Source of the DNA: Candidatus Micrarchaeota archaeon
GTDB taxonomy: Archaea; Micrarchaeota; Micrarchaeia; Anstonellales; Bilamarchaeaceae
Reading direction: 5' to 3'
Assembly: GCA_043812915.1 (NCBI GenBank)
Contig: JBDRLQ010000004.1
Span: forward strand, 32,001-96,000
Length of the DNA: 64,000 nucleotides
Below the pieces are notes generated by a model that saw only the letters and a program-made list of their open reading frames with translations, had not been told where the DNA came from and ran no database searches. The position numbers and the translations under genes are program-made. Of this stretch, positions 57,162-64,000 are shown in pieces. Within the stretch, counting starts at the first letter, position 1, and each line of letters opens with the position of its first letter.

Positions 57162-57367
57162 TTTTTCACCTCAATTCTTTCAAACTTCATCGGTGTTTTT
57201 ACAATTCGATGAAAATTTGCGCTGCGTCTTCTGTAAGAACAGCTTAGTTAGTATTATAGGACTTGTTTATAAGTCTTATCATATGTGGTTGCGACGTCCG
57301 CTATTCCGCTCCGTCCAAGAAAGATTGGGAAAAAGCTTTATAAATACTTTATATCACTGATTATCAC

Positions 57368-57655
57368 ATGCAGAAAAGAATGCTCAGCGCAAGAACTGCC
57401 AAACAATCATGCTGCCCCTCCAGCATCACCCCCCGGCAGGGCGGCGAATTCCATAATACAAACCTGCCGGAGTTGACAGCGCTTGCGGCCATCGCCAAAG
57501 CAATTGAAGATTTTTCCTGCGGGCAAAAAACCCAGCCGATAGTTCTGGAGGCAGCAGTAATGGCAAATGCCGAGAGGCGCCTTGACCTGCTGGTGGAAGC
57601 GCATGGAATGAAAGCGATTTCAGCATTGAGAATCGCCAACAGGGGCGGAAAATAA
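57368..57655 (+). CDS. Hypothetical protein
   Basis: 95-aa ORF with TTTATAAA about 30 nt upstream. Confidence 0.45.
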   Translation: MQKRMLSARTAKQSCCPSSITPRQGGEFHNTNLPELTALAAIAKAIEDFSCGQKTQPIVLEAAVMANAERRLDLLVEAHGMKAISALRIANRGGK

Positions 57656-57932
57656 GCCTTTTTTACCACACTACTATTTAATCGGTCTCTTTTTTTACGT
57701 CGGAAAAACAATTCTCGGCAGTAGCTTTATAAACCCTTATTCCCGTATATACTGCTACGCATTTTTTGTGAGGCGTTTTCAAATCACGAGAAATCGTATT
57801 GTGGAAATCTAATGCTTTTAGATTTGACTCACGCTTCAAGAGCAATAATCTGAGTGCAAAAACGTTCAATTCCTTGAACAAAAAAAGTACTTTGAATTCG
57901 TGAAATAACCAAGCAGAACATTTGGAGTAATA

Positions 57933-59514
<1,582 letters not shown>

Positions 59515-59615
59515 AAATATTTACATTCACACTGTAGATATTCATGGAATACGAGTGTGCGAGAATCAAAGGAAATTTTGTACCAGATTACTCTATATGA
59601 AGCGTGAGTCTTTTC

Positions 59616-60077
59616 CTATTTACTTTTCAAATTCTTATCTGTAAATTGAAAAAAAGGTTCAGCTTTTGCCAGGCAGGCCTTGGTGCCCGCCCCATCAAGC
59701 TTTTCAATTTCCCTTTCAGTATCCTTTGCGACCTTTCTTACCGCATGATGGGAGAATTCCACTGCTTTTGGAACTGATGTGCCTGCCCATCTCGTGCAGC
59801 CCTGGGAAAGGCCAATCCTGAAAGCCCTCAACAACTCACAATCCTTGACCTCAGAGAGCCACGCAATCGTTCCTCTGAGCCTTCTGAAAGCGTCCTGCCG
59901 GACCTCCAGTGTCTCATGGCGGAGCTGGGCAACTACCCTGATTGTGCTCAGGCGGACGTTATCCTCTTGGGATAGGGCGCAGATGGAATGCCCGAGAAGC
60001 TCGTGCAGGTCCCATTTTTTCTCATTGGACGCATGCACTGGCACGGCCTGCACTCTGCGGATTGCTTTTTTCTGCAT
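59616..60077 (-). CDS. Hypothetical protein
   Basis: 153-aa ORF with TTTAAA upstream. Confidence 0.5.
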   Translation of the reverse strand: MQKKAIRRVQAVPVHASNEKKWDLHELLGHSICALSQEDNVRLSTIRVVAQLRHETLEVRQDAFRRLRGTIAWLSEVKDCELLRAFRIGLSQGCTRWAGTSVPKAVEFSHHAVRKVAKDTEREIEKLDGAGTKACLAKAEPFFQFTDKNLKSK

Positions 60078-60239
60078 TCGGAGTCGCCTCTTGTCCTAAT
60101 TGGGAAATGAGATTTAAAAATGCAATCAAAATCTGGCGGGAAACAGGAAAAACAAGGAAAAGAAAAGGTGAACGGCAAGCCCGCAGGGCAACCGCAGGTC
60201 GAATCCGGAACACCCAGGTGATATGACCTCCCTCTTGGA

Positions 60240-60455
60240 TCACATGCCTACGGCGGAGATGTCAATCTCATTCAGCATCCGGTAGACGGTCATGTGGGAC
60301 AGGCCCACCATGGAAGCGACCTTCCTGACGCTGAGCCTGTCGCAGAAGTAAAGCTCTACGACCTTGGCGAGGCTCTGAGCGTCTCTGCCTACCCTTGGTC
60401 TCCCTCGGCGGGGAGGCCTTGTCCTGCTGTCACCGGGCCCACTTGGAGCGTTCAT
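60240..60455 (-). CDS. Small HTH protein with AT-hook-like RGRP motif
   Basis: PRRGRPR and LSVRKVASMVGLSHMTVYRML; GGTGA SD upstream. Confidence 0.75.
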   Translation of the reverse strand: MNAPSGPGDSRTRPPRRGRPRVGRDAQSLAKVVELYFCDRLSVRKVASMVGLSHMTVYRMLNEIDISAVGM

Positions 60456-60653
60456 ACCATATTCACCTTCTTTTCCTCATTTTTTGTGCCCTCGGGGAGA
60501 GCATAAGCTCCCCCCTACGAAATCGTATGTCACCTGCCATACCCCGGGCTACCGGGAAACACGGCGATAACGCTGATTCCCAAAAGTTTCAGCGAAAGAG
60601 TTTCAGGATCTCACGGGCCAAAGGCCCATCCTTTCCCCTTTACGTGGCGCTTG

Positions 60654-60746
60654 TCACAGCCACCTAAAGATGGTGTGGCCAATATGACAATAAATAGTAC
60701 TGGGCTTCTGCATGACAACGTCATTCATTTTTTCCAGTTTTTTCAT
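60654..60746 (-). CDS. Putative 30-aa small protein / leader peptide
   Basis: AAGGAGGTG SD followed by MKKLEKMNDVVMQKPSTIYCHIGHTIFRWL*; TTTAAATA promoter near 60830. Confidence 0.5.
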   Translation of the reverse strand: MKKLEKMNDVVMQKPSTIYCHIGHTIFRWL

Positions 60747-60854
60747 TTGCCTACACCTCCTTAGTTTCTTCTTTTTCCGAGGAAAGCTGATTGTGCGCTT
60801 TCCTACCTATATAGAAATCTAACATATATTTAAAGCTTTGTATCAGAATCCCAC

Positions 60855-61328
60855 TCAATTCCCATTTTCCTGGCTCGAGGCGCTCTCTTCGAGAGCTTCC
60901 TCGAAAAGCCGCTGGAGGGCGCTTTCAATTGTCGGGCCCCGCCCGGCCCTCCAGATTTTCAGGATGAGGGCGTCTTCGGATGTTTCCGTGCTTTCCGGCT
61001 CGGTATCATACCCAAGGCGAGCTCGTGGTGCGGATGCCAAATCAGCTGCGATACATGCCCCCTCAAGCGCGCTTTCAATGTCGCGTCCGGTAATGCCTAT
61101 CAGTTTAAGTGCGATGGCTGTGCGCTCTTTATCATCACTGTCCGGGAATATATTCACCCGGTCCAGAAGGACTTTGGCATGCCTGGCAAGGTTGGCCCCC
61201 TCTGCCTTGGAATCCGGGGGGCCGCACATGATTATCGGGCGCTTCAGGACGCCTTCTGAAAGAAGCTCATGCTGGCGCCTGCTGTCACTCCTTGCTGCCG
61301 GTTTTTTCGAAACCTGGACTAAAGCCAT
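60855..61328 (-). CDS. Hypothetical protein
   Basis: 157-aa ORF with TTTAA upstream. Confidence 0.55.
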   Translation of the reverse strand: MALVQVSKKPAARSDSRRQHELLSEGVLKRPIIMCGPPDSKAEGANLARHAKVLLDRVNIFPDSDDKERTAIALKLIGITGRDIESALEGACIAADLASAPRARLGYDTEPESTETSEDALILKIWRAGRGPTIESALQRLFEEALEESASSQENGN

Positions 61329-61402
61329 AACTAGTCATTTATGCACATAAGTTAAAAAATATGGGCATTTTCGGGTCTCTGGAAGATTCCGAGGAGGGCA
61401 GC

Positions 61403-62761
61403 TCACCTTCTGGCTATCAGCCGCCCGCCAGGCTCGGCCCCTCGCTGCTCAAGCTCGGCGACCACATATTCTCTTGGAGCATCCAGGAATCTCTGGGGAA
61501 GCTCCGCCCTCTCTAGCGCCCTCGCGACAGCCTCCAGCTGCCCGACGCTAAGGTCTCCCATTCCATTGCGGTATGGCGAGCCGTCCTCATGGGTCAGCCT
61601 CATAGTATGCCTTTGGAGGCTGGTCGGCGAAACATACAGCTCCACTCTGACGCCCTCTTCCCCGCCGGTTCCAGGCGCCTCGACAATGGCGTATGGCTCC
61701 CGGGTGCGGCTGGGGTCCGCCCAGTTAGTGTATTCATTGAGCATCCTGGCCAGGGGCCGGATTCGCGTCCACATGGCGGTTTCGCTGATTTCCCCCTGCC
61801 TTCCAAGGCGCTCCATCTGCCTTATCAGGCCGCGCACCTCATCAGGCGTTGCCGCGGCCCTGAGGTCAGAGCCCGGCTCGAAGAGCCCATTTGGCATCAG
61901 TCGGTTTCCCCTGAAATATGATATCGTGGTTGTGACCAGCTCTCCTCTCCTCAGCGAAAGGCTGCCGAACACCTCCGCCCTCAAATCAGAGCCCGGAACC
62001 TCGATTGTGGCCATGCGCGGGCGCCTCACCGAATACTCATCCTGGAGAACCCGTAGGGGGTTCCGCCCCACTGAGAAGTCGGTGCGGTATCTCGGGTCAT
62101 TCTGAAGGATTTCCATCGGAATCGCCGAGGAATGGAGCCCTTCGAACGCCCCGACAAGCTCGTCATCAGTCAAAGACTCGACGCTAATCTGCCTGGAGCT
62201 GAACTCATTCCCCCGGAACCAGCGCAAATCCTCAACCCTGAATCCCTGCTCGGTCTGCCCGACCGTGGCGTCAACGATTATGAAATCATTTGGGGCGGCC
62301 TCGATATAGACACGGTAAGTCCCGAGAAGCGGCTCCTCTCGGCTCACCTCTGGAGATGCCTTCTGGAGCCTGCCCGAAACCAAATCAAGCTCACCGAAAA
62401 CCTCGGTCCGCACTCCGGGCCTTGAGCCCTGGATTACCTCGGTCGGAGTGCCCCTGTCCTGAAATTCCTGCCGGAGAACCCTTGCCGGATTGCCACGCAC
62501 GCTTTCAGAATGAAGGATGTATTCAGGGATGTTCGAGCCATAGAGGCTTTCGAAAACCTGTACAAGCTCGTCATTATCCAAATCAAAAGGATGTATCTGC
62601 TCTTCAGTCCCATCAGGCCTCTCCCTTGTCCAGCGGAGGCCTTCCACATAGAACCTGTCCGGAGCGGTGACAGATGTCATTTCCATAACTATGCGGTCCC
62701 CGCCCTCAAGCTGGGTGACTACCATATGCCCTTCCCTTCGTTCTCGCTCTTCACCTGCCAT
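61403..62761 (-). CDS. Near-lysine-free repeat protein of unknown function
   Basis: Two ~135-aa repeats (VExLRWxR..L.xDELV..FE.L....IP..IL..NP.RVL..E..R.EVFG.L.L..G.L) plus a partial third. Confidence 0.75.
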   Translation of the reverse strand: MAGEERERREGHMVVTQLEGGDRIVMEMTSVTAPDRFYVEGLRWTRERPDGTEEQIHPFDLDNDELVQVFESLYGSNIPEYILHSESVRGNPARVLRQEFQDRGTPTEVIQGSRPGVRTEVFGELDLVSGRLQKASPEVSREEPLLGTYRVYIEAAPNDFIIVDATVGQTEQGFRVEDLRWFRGNEFSSRQISVESLTDDELVGAFEGLHSSAIPMEILQNDPRYRTDFSVGRNPLRVLQDEYSVRRPRMATIEVPGSDLRAEVFGSLSLRRGELVTTTISYFRGNRLMPNGLFEPGSDLRAAATPDEVRGLIRQMERLGRQGEISETAMWTRIRPLARMLNEYTNWADPSRTREPYAIVEAPGTGGEEGVRVELYVSPTSLQRHTMRLTHEDGSPYRNGMGDLSVGQLEAVARALERAELPQRFLDAPREYVVAELEQRGAEPGGRLIARR

Positions 62762-62826
62762 CAGGACACCAAATAAATTTCTGAAGTGTTGAATAAATGG
62801 AGAAAGCAAAAATAAAAAGGCGCCGT

Positions 62827-63573
62827 TTACTTATCTGGAAACAGCATGGTTATCCCATTCGCTTCCCTGGCTTGGCCGGCGGGCGCATGGTTGCTCCCTA
62901 GGATTTTGTCAAGCGCCAGGCGTGATTTCTCCCGCACTTCCCTGGCGAGTTTTTCCGGCTCCCCCGCAACCGGCATGCAGCTGTCCATGCTCTTGGCGAG
63001 GGCGCCCACTGCCCCCAAATCCCCAATCTCCCCAAGCGCGGTGGCAGCTGCCCTGCGCACGACAAGGCTCGGGTCATTCAGCAGCGTTTCACATAGCGCT
63101 GGAACCTCCTTGCCATCCCCAACCAATCCCAGAGCGAATGCGGCATTCTCACGAACTTCCATTCTCTCACCCATCTTCATAGTGATGATCAGTTCCGAGA
63201 GCTGGCCATCATCCAGTTCCCTCTTGCCCAGTTCCTTGGCTGCCTTCCTTCCCTGCGGGTGCCTTAGGTGCCAGGCCTCATATCTCAAATCAGGATACAT
63301 CTCCCTTAACTCAGAGATCCGCTTCCTGTGCTTAATTGCGCGCTCAGCAATCCTCAACTCTCTCGGGCAGAATCCTTTCGGGGCCTTCAGCTCTGCCTGG
63401 GCAGGTCCGCGTAGGATGTCCATAAGCTCATGGAAGGTCTTTTCGGCGAAAGGGCCAAGGAGCTCAATTCGTTCTTTAGCCGCCAAGCTAATCCTGTTTG
63501 TCCCACCCCGCCTTATGGTTTCCCCTGCTTGCTTGGCAAAAGTCTGCATGGCTTTCCTCGCTGGTTCCCCCAT
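62827..63573 (-). CDS. HEAT/PBS-lyase repeat protein
   Basis: VRENAAFALG, VPALCETLLNDPSLVVRRAAATALGEIG. Confidence 0.8.
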   Translation of the reverse strand: MGEPARKAMQTFAKQAGETIRRGGTNRISLAAKERIELLGPFAEKTFHELMDILRGPAQAELKAPKGFCPRELRIAERAIKHRKRISELREMYPDLRYEAWHLRHPQGRKAAKELGKRELDDGQLSELIITMKMGERMEVRENAAFALGLVGDGKEVPALCETLLNDPSLVVRRAAATALGEIGDLGAVGALAKSMDSCMPVAGEPEKLAREVREKSRLALDKILGSNHAPAGQAREANGITMLFPDK

Positions 63574-63721
63574 CCCACATTCGTGGGAGAGATATATAAA
63601 TTGATGAGTCCTAAAATCCTTTTAAAACTATGTTTAACCACTAAAGATGACACGCGGCACGCCCGCCCCGCCGCCCGGCATTCCAATACAATAAAAAATA
63701 CTCTCCCGTAAGATACGGATT

Positions 63722-64000
63722 ATGCCTACTCTTGAAGAAATCATCAGGAAGCACGTTCTGAAAAACGCTTATGATTACGGAAAGGCCAATCCGGGGGCTG
63801 TCGCGGGAAAAGTGATTGCGGAGTATCCGGATGCAAAGGAGGACATGAAGTCTGCCATGGCCCAGATAAACAAGAGCGTCAGGGAAGTATCCATGCTCTC
63901 GAAGGAAGAGATAGGCAAGGAGATGGAGAGCTTCACTTACGCCCAGAGGAAGGAAGAGAAGAAAGGGATTGAGCTGCCTGAGGCGGAAAAAGGCAAGGTG
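63722..64000 (+). CDS. gltX: Glutamate--tRNA ligase, N-terminal part (runs off the window)
   Basis: Manual translation MPTLEEIIRKHVLKNAYDYGKANPGAVAGKVI...IELPEAEKGKV matches the archaeal GluRS N-terminal domain. Confidence 0.85.
   Translation, partial: MPTLEEIIRKHVLKNAYDYGKANPGAVAGKVIAEYPDAKEDMKSAMAQINKSVREVSMLSKEEIGKEMESFTYAQRKEEKKGIELPEAEKGKV

Overview
This window is archaeal chromosomal DNA, most consistent with a DPANN (probably Micrarchaeota-like) genome. The taxon is inferred from the divergent unlinked 16S rRNA, intron-rich tRNAs, archaeal translation genes and many TATA-proximal starts. Housekeeping content: aRF1 (partial), uL11, eL18-uL13-uS9-RpoN-tRNA-Pro-uS2, EF-1alpha, eL8/L7Ae-eS28-eL24-Ndk, AsnRS, AsnA, GlnA, GlmS, type-2 IDI, GluRS (partial), transporters and two Lrp regulators. 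RNA genes absent from the ORF track: tRNA-Lys(UUU); tRNA-Cys(GCA) with a 41-nt intron; tRNA-Pro(GGG) with two 37-nt T-arm introns around a 5-nt exon; and a 16S rRNA with two BHB mini-introns (53 and 37 nt). Notable accessory content: (i) dispersed Arg/Glu-rich orphan proteins almost devoid of lysine (0 Lys in 383 aa; 1 in 452 aa), several with a shared basic-RR-hydrophobic-Cys leader; (ii) two tandem PLP fold-II enzymes fused via a TM helix to EF-hand-like domains; (iii) bacterial-type nucleotide signalling proteins (an intact GGEEF cyclase, a degenerate GGDEF-like protein, an altered long RelA/SpoT homolog); (iv) a protein with seven Myb/GcrA-like HTH repeats; and (v) several unexplained structured intergenic RNA candidates. 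No CRISPR array, transposase or prophage was recognised. All calls come from reading motifs by eye; no database searches were run.
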